64,000 nt of DNA. It comes from a virus (lineage: Duplodnaviria > Caudoviricetes). Location of the stretch: positions 7,322 to 71,321 of the IMG/VR virus record IMGVR_UViG_3300004244_000010, one strand, 5' to 3'. Of this stretch, positions 11,201-17,362 are shown piece after piece. The notes under the pieces were generated by a model that saw only the letters and a list, made by a program, of their open reading frames with translations, made no database searches and was not told the origin of the DNA. The translations under genes were made by a program, and so were the position numbers. Within the stretch, counting starts at the first letter, position 1. Each line of letters opens with the position of its first letter.

Positions 11201-14200
11201 TCCGAAGAGATCTCGCTGGCCAGGTTCGCCGCGTACTGGTTGAGCTCGCCCTTGGCGGCTAGACTGCGATGCAGCTCCGGCGCTTTTTCCTTCAGCGCTT
11301 CCTTGATCAGGTTGTGCAGTTGCATCGGATGCCCCTTGCTGTTTGGTCGAACTATATCCGTTTCCGGTTTTTTCTGCTACATTTGAGTTGGAAGGTTCCC
11401 CCATGAAGTTGCCATCGAAGTTCCCCCCGGGTTGCGAGTTTTTCGAGCGCGAAAGCGGCTCGCTCGCCGTCGTGATCCCCGGCGAAGGTCCGATGTCGCT
11501 GGTGCTTGGGGAGCTCGTGCCGGCCAAGGTCTGGCCGCCCCTGTCCGAGCCCCGCAAGCTCTCGGAGGCCGCATTCCTGGAGGCCGCCGCGGCGGAAGCT
11601 GCCGGGTAATACTCGGCCTGGGCCTTGATGACGGCCTGCTGTGTCTCCGATCCCTTGGGCTGCGTGCGCTCGATCTCGTAGAGCTTGTGGCCCTCTTCCC
11701 CTTTGGCGGCGAGTATTTCCGGCACGTTGATCTGGATCTCGGCCTGCACGCCGCTGATCATCACGTTCACCAGGACATCCCCATACCCGGAGCCGAGGAA
11801 GCCTTCGTTCTTCACGTCCGTGCCGCGCAGCGTGAGATCGGTCCGGTTCTTGACGCGGCCCTTGACCACCTCGAACTCGCGGTAGATCTGATCCAGCACC
11901 TCCTGGGCGTCTTCATAACTTGACACCACGATCGTGCTGCGCAGCAGGTCGCGCATCTTGCCGGTGTCAAAGCCTTCTTCCACCAGCTTTTCAGCGCCCC
12001 TACCAAGGCCCTTGAGCGGCGCCAGCATCTGGCCCAGCGCGCCGGTGCGCTTGGCAATGTCGATTACCTTCTGGTCATACGTCACCTTGACCGCGGCCGC
12101 AGCGTCAAGCATTGGCTTCAGCAGGCCTTCGGCGCGCGCACGGTCCTCGGCGGCGATCTCGACCGGCGGTGCCTCCTTCAGGAACTGGTCGATATAACCG
12201 CGCGCCCGGCTCACCAGCTCCTTCGGCAGGAAGGACTCGGTGCTGGGTGCCTTGAAGTTGTCGCGCTTGCTGTCGTACGCACGGCCATCGATCATGGCGG
12301 CATCCGACGCCACGGCTTGCGCCGGTACACCGAATAGGTCATCAGCGGTGCCGCGCAGGTCCAACGCCTGCTCGGCCGCCTTGCGATAGGTGCTGTCCCC
12401 GATCTTGTTCCAGAGCGGCTTCGTTCTGGGATCTGCCTTGAGCTGATCCTTGACCCACTTCGTCGCAGCCTTCAGATCGGTTCCGACGATGCGGATCGCA
12501 GCATCGAAGAGCTTGACCAGCGTAGGCATCAGGCCAGGCGTGTTCTCGGGGAGCATGGCTGCCCGGGTGTGCTTGCTGGCGATGTCGGCCAGGTCGGCCA
12601 GCGCATCCTTGAAGTCCCGCTTGGCCTGCGCGCGCACGCTGGCCAGGTCGGCCGCACCGTCTGAAGCGCCCACGCTGGGAAACTGCGCTACCTCTTCCAG
12701 CAGCTTCTGGATCGGCGCATCGAAGCGAATGACCTTGACCGGCTCACCCATCGCCATCTTGGCCAGCCATTGGTGATGGCCGTCCAGCACGTAGCCATCC
12801 GATGAAACCAGCACAGAGCGGTTGCGCCCCTCTTCCCAGGTGGAAAACCTGGCCACCTTGGAGCGCGAGAACTCGGCTTGCGTTGGCTTCAGCGTGTCGC
12901 CATCGACCTCTTCCTGGTGGTCGGTGATGCCGCGTGCCTCCAGGAAGTTCACCAGCGCGCCGCGGTGCTTCTGCTGGATCTGCGGCATGTCTGCCCGCGG
13001 AATCCCCAGCGTGCCTGACTCAGGAGGGAAGGCTACCCATTCTTGGCTTGCGTCGTTGGCAGCGGCTCGGGCAGGCCCATCGCCTTGATCGCCGCCATCA
13101 CGGCGCGCCGCAGCCTCGGGTTTGTCTCCAGCCGGTTGACCAGCTTGCGGGTCTTTTCCAGCGTCTCGCCGCTGGGAGTCTTCGGCAGTGCCATCAATGC
13201 TCCTTCGGGCCGCGCCCATCAAATCGGATTTGGCGGGCGCCTGCGGGTCTTCCAGCAGAGAGCCCTGGTTCGGGTCGCCGGCGGCGTCCAGCGCTTCCAT
13301 GTAGGCGACGATGAAATCAGCCATGCGGCGCGGCCGGCGCGCGTTGTCGGCCAGGAACTGCAGGATCTCGCGCGTCTCGGCGCTGTGCTGCTCGCCCAGC
13401 AGGCCGCCCTGGGCCAGCGCATCGGCCAGCGATGTGCCGGCCTCCTTGAGGCGCGAGAGCTCTTCCACTGCGCCCAAGAGCTCTGGCGTGATGTCGGCAT
13501 CGAAACGCACGCCCTGGTCCACCGCCTCGCGCATCTGTGCCACGCGCGGTGCGGCCAGCATCAGCGCCTTGGACACGTTGCGCAGGTTGTCGTCCATCGA
13601 CTCCACCATGCGCTGCAGCACCGGCGAATCGCCGTAGGCCTTTGCCAGCACCGCATTGCGGATTCGCACGTAGCCGGACGAGCTGAGATTGCCCGCGCTG
13701 TCGATCATGCCGGCCTGCTCGGTAGCCGGCAGCTTGGCCATGAAGCGGCGAACGAACGGGCGCGACGCCGGGCCGGAGAACCCGCCGCCGTCATCCGGCT
13801 GAAGATCCTCCATCGAGTCGATGCGCTTGGCGTCCGACCGGGCGAGCTCGCTGGGGCTCATCTGCGCCACGGTCGACGCATTGGCCTGGCGCGCGAACTC
13901 GGCGCGGTTCACCGGCGTCTGGCGCACGCGCACCAGCACCGGCTTGGCCATGGCATCCACCGATTCCGGCGTGATGCCGAACTGGGCCGCGTTGTCGCGC
14001 AGAAACTGCCGGTAGTCCTCGGCCTTCTGCCCGTTGGCCTGGTACACGCGCTTGAGCGCGATCGTGCGCGCGTTGCCAGACTCCACCAGGCCATCGGCTC
14101 CGACGATGGGCGCGCCATTGGCCGCATCGGCCGAAAGCCCCAGGCGTGCGGGGTCCAGCTTCTGCACGATGCCGGAGATCTGCATTTCGCTGGCGGCGCG

Positions 14201-15676
14201 CTCGCGCTCGCGCGGCTGCAGCTCCTGCGGGTAGAGAGGGTTCTGGCGCAGGCCCTCATCGTGCGATGTCACCAGGTCGCCAGCGTCCATCAGCGCATAG
14301 CTGGCAGCCAGGCGGGCGCCCGACTCGGTGCTGAACGAGGTTTGTGCACCCGGCAGCGAAACGGGCCAGTCCTTGGTCAGTTCGGCCCGCTGCTGCACGA
14401 GCTCGGCGCGCTTCGCCTGGAGCTCGCTGCGCTCCTGGTCGAACATCGGCCCATACCCAGCCTCGGGCCGGTTCAATTCAGCAAGGCGCTCATCCAGCCG
14501 GCCGGCCTCAGCGTCAAGCGTGTCCACGCGCTCGAGCGCAGTGCCATCAGACGGCGCGCGCAGCGCCTTTTCAGAAGCGCTGGGCTCTACCAGTCCGGCC
14601 TGGGCATCGGTGAGTCCACCCTTGGCGAGTCCGGTAGCTCCGGCAGCTCCCGGTCCGCCTGACGTGCCATCGCTTCCCGCTGCCTGCGGCGCTTGACCTT
14701 GCCCGGCTTCTGCTGGGGCGCCGGTGCTGCCCGTCTGGTCTTGGACACCCTGCCCCTCCTTCGAGAACGAACTGACCGCGGCGTTGTAACCGCCGCCGGC
14801 CCCGCCCATGGCCGCGCCGCTGATCAGGCCCAGGGCCGCGGCATTGCCAACCCCATCCGTCAGCGGCTTGCCAAGGGCGAAGTTCTGCCACATCTGCTCC
14901 TGAATTGACTGGGGCAGTTCCTCAAACACCCCTTCGGAAATGCCAGAGCCCAACACCTGCTTGACGAAACCGGCCGGCGAATTGGCCAGCTTGCCGGTGG
15001 CCAACATCACGTCAACGTCGCCCAGGCCAAGGCGGCCGGCCATCTTCCCGCCGGCAGCACCGAACAGCGCGGTACCGGCACCGGACGCCAGCGCCGCCGC
15101 AGCCTGCTCGGGCGTAAGCAGCCCGTCAGCGGTTTCACCGCGGATTTGCTCGGCAGCAGAGCCGGCGCCAATCACGCCCTCACCCAGCGCGGCAGCCACC
15201 CAAGGCGCTACGCGCGTCGATGCCTTCATCAGGCCTCGCGCAACGCCAGCGCCGCCGAGCATCTGTGGAATCGACTCGCCTACAGTGGTGGCGATCACGC
15301 TGGGGTTGTCGATCGCTGCTTTGGCGGTATCGATGAAGCCCTCGGCGCCGCGCACAGCACGATTTGCCTCCTGCTGCGGGTCCGAATAGGCCGCATCGAG
15401 GATCTTCTGGGTTTCGTTGGGCCGATAGCCTGCCTCGTCCAGGAACTTGCCGACTCGGCCACCGGTCGGGATGTCGACCAGACCCACCAGGGCCTGGGGC
15501 AGGCCCACCGCAGCCTTTACGGCAGTGACACCTACGTCCGAAGCAATATTGCCGGCAGTGCGCTCAGGCCGCGGCGCCTGAGCCTTTGGTGAGCCGAAAA
15601 CCTCATCGTCTGACAGCAGGCCGGGGGCCGGTTTTGCGGTGCCAAATACTTCGTCATCTGTCAGCAGCTTGGTCAT
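2228..15676 (-). CDS. darB: Giant DarB-like polyvalent virion protein (~4,480 aa): DdrB-ParB-like, ParB-like, RelA/SpoT-like, N6-adenine MTase, SNF2/SF2 helicase, zincin-like and C-terminal domains
   Basis: ESGNARTIAL; VSSDGYVLDGHHQW; DLLRSTIV/GYGDVLVNV/AEIQI/HKLYE; EPGAGIG + NPPF; AHAVGSGKT, DEAH, SGTP; HEAAH. Start is ATG 15676 or TTG 15691. Confidence 0.92.
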   Translation of the reverse strand: MTKLLTDDEVFGTAKPAPGLLSDDEVFGSPKAQAPRPERTAGNIASDVGVTAVKAAVGLPQALVGLVDIPTGGRVGKFLDEAGYRPNETQKILDAAYSDPQQEANRAVRGAEGFIDTAKAAIDNPSVIATTVGESIPQMLGGAGVARGLMKASTRVAPWVAAALGEGVIGAGSAAEQIRGETADGLLTPEQAAAALASGAGTALFGAAGGKMAGRLGLGDVDVMLATGKLANSPAGFVKQVLGSGISEGVFEELPQSIQEQMWQNFALGKPLTDGVGNAAALGLISGAAMGGAGGGYNAAVSSFSKEGQGVQDQTGSTGAPAEAGQGQAPQAAGSDGTSGGPGAAGATGLAKGGLTDAQAGLVEPSASEKALRAPSDGTALERVDTLDAEAGRLDERLAELNRPEAGYGPMFDQERSELQAKRAELVQQRAELTKDWPVSLPGAQTSFSTESGARLAASYALMDAGDLVTSHDEGLRQNPLYPQELQPRERERAASEMQISGIVQKLDPARLGLSADAANGAPIVGADGLVESGNARTIALKRVYQANGQKAEDYRQFLRDNAAQFGITPESVDAMAKPVLVRVRQTPVNRAEFARQANASTVAQMSPSELARSDAKRIDSMEDLQPDDGGGFSGPASRPFVRRFMAKLPATEQAGMIDSAGNLSSSGYVRIRNAVLAKAYGDSPVLQRMVESMDDNLRNVSKALMLAAPRVAQMREAVDQGVRFDADITPELLGAVEELSRLKEAGTSLADALAQGGLLGEQHSAETREILQFLADNARRPRRMADFIVAYMEALDAAGDPNQGSLLEDPQAPAKSDLMGAARRSIDGTAEDSQRRDAGKDPQAGQPAGDKPEAAARRDGGDQGDGPARAAANDASQEWVAFPPESGTLGIPRADMPQIQQKHRGALVNFLEARGITDHQEEVDGDTLKPTQAEFSRSKVARFSTWEEGRNRSVLVSSDGYVLDGHHQWLAKMAMGEPVKVIRFDAPIQKLLEEVAQFPSVGASDGAADLASVRAQAKRDFKDALADLADIASKHTRAAMLPENTPGLMPTLVKLFDAAIRIVGTDLKAATKWVKDQLKADPRTKPLWNKIGDSTYRKAAEQALDLRGTADDLFGVPAQAVASDAAMIDGRAYDSKRDNFKAPSTESFLPKELVSRARGYIDQFLKEAPPVEIAAEDRARAEGLLKPMLDAAAAVKVTYDQKVIDIAKRTGALGQMLAPLKGLGRGAEKLVEEGFDTGKMRDLLRSTIVVSSYEDAQEVLDQIYREFEVVKGRVKNRTDLTLRGTDVKNEGFLGSGYGDVLVNVMISGVQAEIQINVPEILAAKGEEGHKLYEIERTQPKGSETQQAVIKAQAEYYPAASAAAASRNAASESLRGSDRGGQTLAGTSSPSTSDIGPSPGITTASEPLSRSKNSQPGGNFDGNFMGEPSNSNVAEKTGNGYSSTKQQGASDATAQPDQGSAEGKSAGAASQSSRQGRAQPVRGEPGQRDLFGNGAADAAAADQGELGQAGNRGVRGQDEDGRGAEPRGRAGRRAGVPAGRDIPAKSGLNYEFGPDDLTYEGSWVKKAAQNVDAVELLKKLQAEGRQATRAEQQVLAKFVGWGSSEVANSLFGKKLDQQAAALADYEGAVQALDRLGRALNSRDAGFYQAFRVLQAASSAPLSYYSVTSIDRAQLDKAKPDAGTRRWLELRERLQKVMSDDEWAEASRSTQYAHYTSKAVVQSMWRAMERLGFNGGTILEPGAGIGVFPGLMPAGMANNSIYTGIEFDSITGGILKQLFPDERILVESFVDSKLPKNFYDVAAGNPPFSGTKILGDPEYGKLAMPLHDYFFAKTIDRVKPGGLVMFVTSRYTMDKLDDKARQYLADRADLVGAIRLPQTAFRKNAGTEVVTDVLFLRKKVPGQTFEQAQPWAKSVPLTVNGAQYSVNEYFHANPSMVLGQHADTGSMYKDRDYTVTPLDGDIEALFDKAVENLPSGIYSADRGSAAEAAKVREIDFNPKAKKEGNYYVSDAGALMVREGGVGQRVELKSAKDIELIKDFVPLRDALKQAHYDQLNDGAWEASLAALQKAYAAFTKKHGYVNQFTTKTVKVKVTDEETGEVFTDEEARRVYTVLNKLVDDPDWTLVAALEKVNDDSGEIKPSEFLTQRVLGKPVEASISSPSDALLSTLNDLGHVDVPTIANRLGMSEAEAIEALGSAVYRDPEGGWVTADDYLSGNVKRKLDVAREALKADKSLERNVSALEAAQPAPKTPSQINAGLGMNWIPGEIYQQFIQETAGVRARVEWNPRTKQWIVEERSGGSSMRATADWGTDRRNAGDLLEHALTGRKIRVESKVGSGSDAKSVFDASATEAANQKLEALRNEFQSWLWRDAERTDRLVQIYNDTFNTTVPRAFDGRHLTLPGASKTFSVFDHVKRGAWRIVQRGNTYLAHAVGSGKTFQMVISAMEQKRLGLIKKPMVVVPNHMLQQFASEWQQLYPAARLMVADENNFHTDNRRRFVSRVALSDLDGVVITHSAFKLLDLDPEFKAKMIEEQLEYLRAALEEAGGEDGKSGGRKDPKIKQIEKQIENMEQKLEAALSSVGKDKNVRFDELGADFLYVDEAHEYRKLDFATNRQVKGISSAGSARAFDLYMKSRYLEEKTPGRSLVMASGTPVTNTLAELYTVQKFMDRQALADRNLEDFDSWASMFGRENTVLEPNAAGKYEPVTRFSKFVNVPELTQMFREFADVLTSDHLAALLGDKRPRVEGGARKIIITPKGADYAAFQKELEARMQASRDWKPSKDEPNNPDPIIKIIGDGRLAAIDMRFMDPSLPSDPDSKLNRLIDDVVRTAKDTASMEFLDKAGQVEPNKGASMMVFSDLGFGAGVAASRGFNARAWFEKRLRESGIPMGQVAFMSDYKKSSDKLKLFKDVNAGRVRILIGSSKNMGTGVNAQQRLKALFHLDSPWYPADLEQREGRIVRQGNKNPLVQVFAYAAKGTYDENMWKMLASKQFFIDQALSGDANLREIEDLDSQSQYDLAAAMVAEDPRVLQLAGAKAEIEKLQRLYRAHEDQRQRFRQQYQIANDTANFNSARLPAAEADAGKVQDLSGDKFKAKVGGKTFDGRTEWAQALVDKFKELSARVETKPTYVGSISGFDVTFRSEQAAGHYLPRLDLDTPAHATLVTDPGTNLTGLAMRAQNAIADVARLPARMRTWMTEARAQMDALASRLETPFPMAQMLADKVKEAQEIEAAIVADGNDKPFWVERIDTKQGFTIDAPNAEAAVAKAVASNGGAVADWAARLVEQASPEGSKLSRGAGSSGMDIKALQALADRIKAGMPNMPAVHVLKDPSGAPPALKLYILQQGAWNDVEGAMHGGEFYLFASGLQDEARAEHVLAEHEAAHLGLRAVLGRSLRSAMAMIYANNASVRRAATELQRRGKLSIAEATEEVIVDIPTSQLVKLKGWRKLTSEVRDWLAQRGYVKLADKLGAWLDGTLSDQERADLFVANLVQAARDYMAGKRGGSLKDAAGVTMLSGTLADDIARQEKWLQAEARARGYADIEDLLARNYPLFEKLAALWRTKNPADSLLSRAPTQADAAQRAEVIVQTKAGSRAPIDAIAKGLARVTGIERLMGAIYGRAGYLLDRYTPETIKAGVVSDYGVPEAVIDQRAMLQGRQRVQLRQAGALIEKLSTLTRAESRVAYAWMNEVNPAEAKALMDQLPAESVVVLQEVQQMIDRLSRDAVAMGQLTPDAYERNKFAYLRRSYAKHVIEQTTGEKAKRSRVISILGDQYKGRGLTEAATMQQIKNVAPEWWKRKTQAGKADASLKGEKFLRLERHSASGEGTTPLEGMEGKARGKLLEVHYFPAGEALPAKYGDWDKAGTWEARDTKGDKVVLWRDFTKEERETMGEVDEARFAIAKTLHGMIHDVEVGRHLEWLAHTYALKEGETIPGQVVDASERYLDTFKPGEWVRVPDIKIPGTAVPKYGKLAGRYLPGPVWNDLRQTVNGQFKPLGDTYAQILSMWKTAKTALSPAVHMNNVMSNFVMADWHDVGATHTAKALRILLAAHGRDGKGAIGRAGNAAARAGIADREAAAQILNRYKDSGGDIGGWATNEISKGQLEPLLASLEAELAATAGQSVQAQVGVMTALQHALMLRFPSAWEAFKGSKPGKVIGTEATSLLELYQSEDDVFRLAAWLKAKEDGATDLAAGKVSRKSFLDYSVNAPWIQAMRNSGWPFISFTYRAVPMLLETMGKRPHKLMKLMMLAGALNALGVAIGGGGDDDERKLLPEEKAGKIWGMVPKLIRMPWNDANGSPIYLDIRRFIPVGDVLDVGQGHSAVPVLPGLQPGGPLVIMGELLLNRSAFTGKAISLETDTATQQAGKVADHLYKAFAPNVLGLPGTYATTGVVDAAKGRTDAFGREMSVTQAVAASFGLKLGSYPADVMRRNLQAKAAAETAEIDRNIAQLKRQRQTNKISADEFQQAAQVEQEKKAKVMRDLADKLR
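11032..11325 (-). CDS. Overprinted TnpV-like protein (97 aa) nested in darB, alternative frame
   Basis: LKEKAPELHRSLAAKGELNQY...KMKMAEALNREAVL resembles the TnpV pattern; AAGGGG 6 nt before ATG; own promoter; the darB frame here is a low-complexity G/R/Q/A linker. Confidence 0.7.
   Translation of the reverse strand: MQLHNLIKEALKEKAPELHRSLAAKGELNQYAANLASEISSETVQLTQRQRIKENWDRLGTVECAAKMKMAEALNREAVLAAALEFPQGETSPQSQD
11351..11383. promoter_or_regulatory. Divergent promoter pair with phage operator inside darB
   Basis: Operator ATCCGTTTCCGGTT (11356-11369), identical to 48750-48763. Minus strand TAGCAG-17-TATAGT; plus strand extended -10 TGcTACATT (11375-11383). Confidence 0.7.
11403..11609 (+). 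CDS. Antisense nested small protein (68 aa), candidate antitoxin/immunity for the RelA/SpoT-like domain
   Basis: MKLPSKFPPGCEFFERESGSLAVVIPGEG...; GGAAGG 7 nt before ATG; extended -10 upstream; the darB frame opposite is an S/T/G/N-rich linker. Confidence 0.65.
   Translation: MKLPSKFPPGCEFFERESGSLAVVIPGEGPMSLVLGELVPAKVWPPLSEPRKLSEAAFLEAAAAEAAG
13033..13194 (-). CDS. Overprinted 53-aa basic helical peptide nested in a darB linker
   Basis: MALPKTPSGETLEKTRKLVNRLETNPRLRRAVMAAIKAMGLPEPLPTTQAKNG; AAGGAG 5 nt before ATG; by hand count ~7/52 codons end in A/T versus about half in the darB frame. Confidence 0.6.
   Translation of the reverse strand: MALPKTPSGETLEKTRKLVNRLETNPRLRRAVMAAIKAMGLPEPLPTTQAKNG
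14587..14748 (-). CDS. Possible overprinted 53-aa Arg-rich peptide nested in a darB linker
   Basis: GTG start with AAGGAGG ~6 nt upstream; MSKTRRAAPAPQQKPGKVKRRRQREAMARQADRELPELPDSPRVDSPMPRPDW; the darB frame here uses many GGA/GCT/CAA codons. Confidence 0.45.
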   Translation of the reverse strand: MSKTRRAAPAPQQKPGKVKRRRQREAMARQADRELPELPDSPRVDSPMPRPDW

Positions 15677-15710
15677 GGCAGGGCGGGTCAAAAAAGCGAC
15701 CCGCTGAGGC

Positions 15711-15725
15711 TGCCATCCTTGGCAC
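15711..15725 (-). promoter_or_regulatory. Late-leader element copy 1 (GTGCCAAGGATGGCA)
   Basis: 34 nt upstream of the darB ATG, just after the upstream stop. Confidence 0.8.
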
Positions 15726-15735
15726 GCTTACCGTG

Positions 15736-17361
15736 TCACTTGACGGGCTCCCAGCCGCCCTCGCGCCAGGTCATCTTCCCCTTCGGCGTGTCATAGACCT
15801 GCCCGACCTTGCGCTGGTCCGCCGGCGGCACCTGGGCCGCAGCTGGCGCCGCAGCACCAGGATGAGCATTCCACCGGTTTCCGGTTTTCGTGTAGCCCAT
15901 GTTGGCCATCACCTCGTCGGCCGCCTTCACGGCGTCGGCCGGCTTGGCCATGTTCTTGATGCCGGCGGCCACGAACTCCTTGTGCATTTCCTCGGGCGCC
16001 TGGCTCTTCTTCGTCACAGCCATTTCAAGGGCCGAGCGCATGTCGGGCGCCATGCCAGCCTGAAGCATGGCTGTGGCCAGCTTGACCTCTGCCGGCTGCT
16101 CCTTGCCCATGCCCAGCCCGCCCTGGATTGCGGTGAGCCTTTCCTGGATAGCCTGGCGCTCCTGCGTAGTCGCTGCGTTGCCGAGCGCCAGTTGCATGGT
16201 GGCCACCGTGGACTTCAGATCACGCTGCGGCGCTTCAGCGGCAAACTCAGCTGCAGTGCGCACCTCAGCACGGCCAGCGCGCGCTTCGGCGCTGCCGGCG
16301 CGAGCATCTGCGCGCAGTGCCAGCGTGTTGCGGAATTCGTTCTGGCTGTAGTTGTAGATGGCCATCGGATCCTTGAAGGTGGCCAGCGCAGAAACAAGCT
16401 GGCCGGTGTCCTTCATTACCGTGCTGGGCATCTTGCGGCCGTCCAGCGTCTCGCGCTCGATCACGATCGAACCATCCTTGCCGCGCTTCACATCGGAGAC
16501 CTTGGCGCCATCAGGCACGTACTTGTTGTAGAACTCCTTCACCGAGTCCAGGTCGCCAGCCGCCAGCGCCGCGGCGGTCTTGCCGAGCGCCTGGTTGCGC
16601 TGCTCGGTTTCAAGCTGGATCTTGACCAGTGACTGCGCGGAGAAGTCCTTCATGACCTGCCCAGCCTGCTCCAGTTTGCCGGCCTCGGTCAGCTTGGCTG
16701 CGCGGAACTGGGTGGCCGCCAGGTGGTCATCCACCGCGGCCGCGCGCTCGGTGCCGTCCGGGTTCTTCAGCCGGCCCTTGAACCATTCCCCGACCTGGCT
16801 ATCGACATCGCGCATCAGGTTTGCATCGGCCTCGGCTTGATCTCCGGCGCGCTGCTCGCGCCCGGCCCTGGCTTCTTCCCATCCGAACCGCTTGTCGTCG
16901 CGCTCCGCCTGGGTCACATCGCGCATCATGCGAATGCCTTGCTGTGGGTCGGTCTTCATCAGCACGCCGGCCATGGCGCGCTGGCGCGCGCTGTTCACTT
17001 GGCCCTCGTTCATTGCGCCGGCGCTGCGCTGGCCCATAAAGTCGGTCACACCCTGCTGCGCAATGCGCGCCGCGGGCGCGACCTGCAACTGGCCATCGGC
17101 ACCCTGCACCTGGAAGTTGGACTTGACGGTGTAGCTGCCGTCCGGCGCAGCCTCAAGGGTGTAGAGCGGATTGCCCTGCTCATCCTTGGCGTTGGCGATC
17201 GCCTCCAGCTGCTTGCCGTCATCGGCCGTGAATCCCTGGGACTCTTCCGGCTTGGCGTTGGCGACCTTGGCCAGCTCGAAGTCCTGGCCTACCCGACCCA
17301 CCGTGTCGTAGGTCTGATTGAAGGCCTTGATGAAATCGAGAACTCCGCTCCTGCGTGCCAT
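15736..17361 (-). CDS. Internal virion/ejection protein (541 aa)
   Basis: Ala/Gln-rich helical protein between the ICA-domain protein and darB, the usual podovirus position. Confidence 0.75.
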   Translation of the reverse strand: MARRSGVLDFIKAFNQTYDTVGRVGQDFELAKVANAKPEESQGFTADDGKQLEAIANAKDEQGNPLYTLEAAPDGSYTVKSNFQVQGADGQLQVAPAARIAQQGVTDFMGQRSAGAMNEGQVNSARQRAMAGVLMKTDPQQGIRMMRDVTQAERDDKRFGWEEARAGREQRAGDQAEADANLMRDVDSQVGEWFKGRLKNPDGTERAAAVDDHLAATQFRAAKLTEAGKLEQAGQVMKDFSAQSLVKIQLETEQRNQALGKTAAALAAGDLDSVKEFYNKYVPDGAKVSDVKRGKDGSIVIERETLDGRKMPSTVMKDTGQLVSALATFKDPMAIYNYSQNEFRNTLALRADARAGSAEARAGRAEVRTAAEFAAEAPQRDLKSTVATMQLALGNAATTQERQAIQERLTAIQGGLGMGKEQPAEVKLATAMLQAGMAPDMRSALEMAVTKKSQAPEEMHKEFVAAGIKNMAKPADAVKAADEVMANMGYTKTGNRWNAHPGAAAPAAAQVPPADQRKVGQVYDTPKGKMTWREGGWEPVK

Positions 17362-17362
17362 A

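Noticed and set aside
14606-14620. Partial late-element match (CCAAGGGTGG) inside darB
   Set aside because: Flanks diverge, the stem is only 3 bp and no start follows.
4154-14662. Long plus-strand ORFs opposite darB (e.g. 4154-5812, 8717-10708, 13043-14662)
   Set aside because: Shadow-frame composition with no SD, promoter or motifs, unlike 11403-11609.
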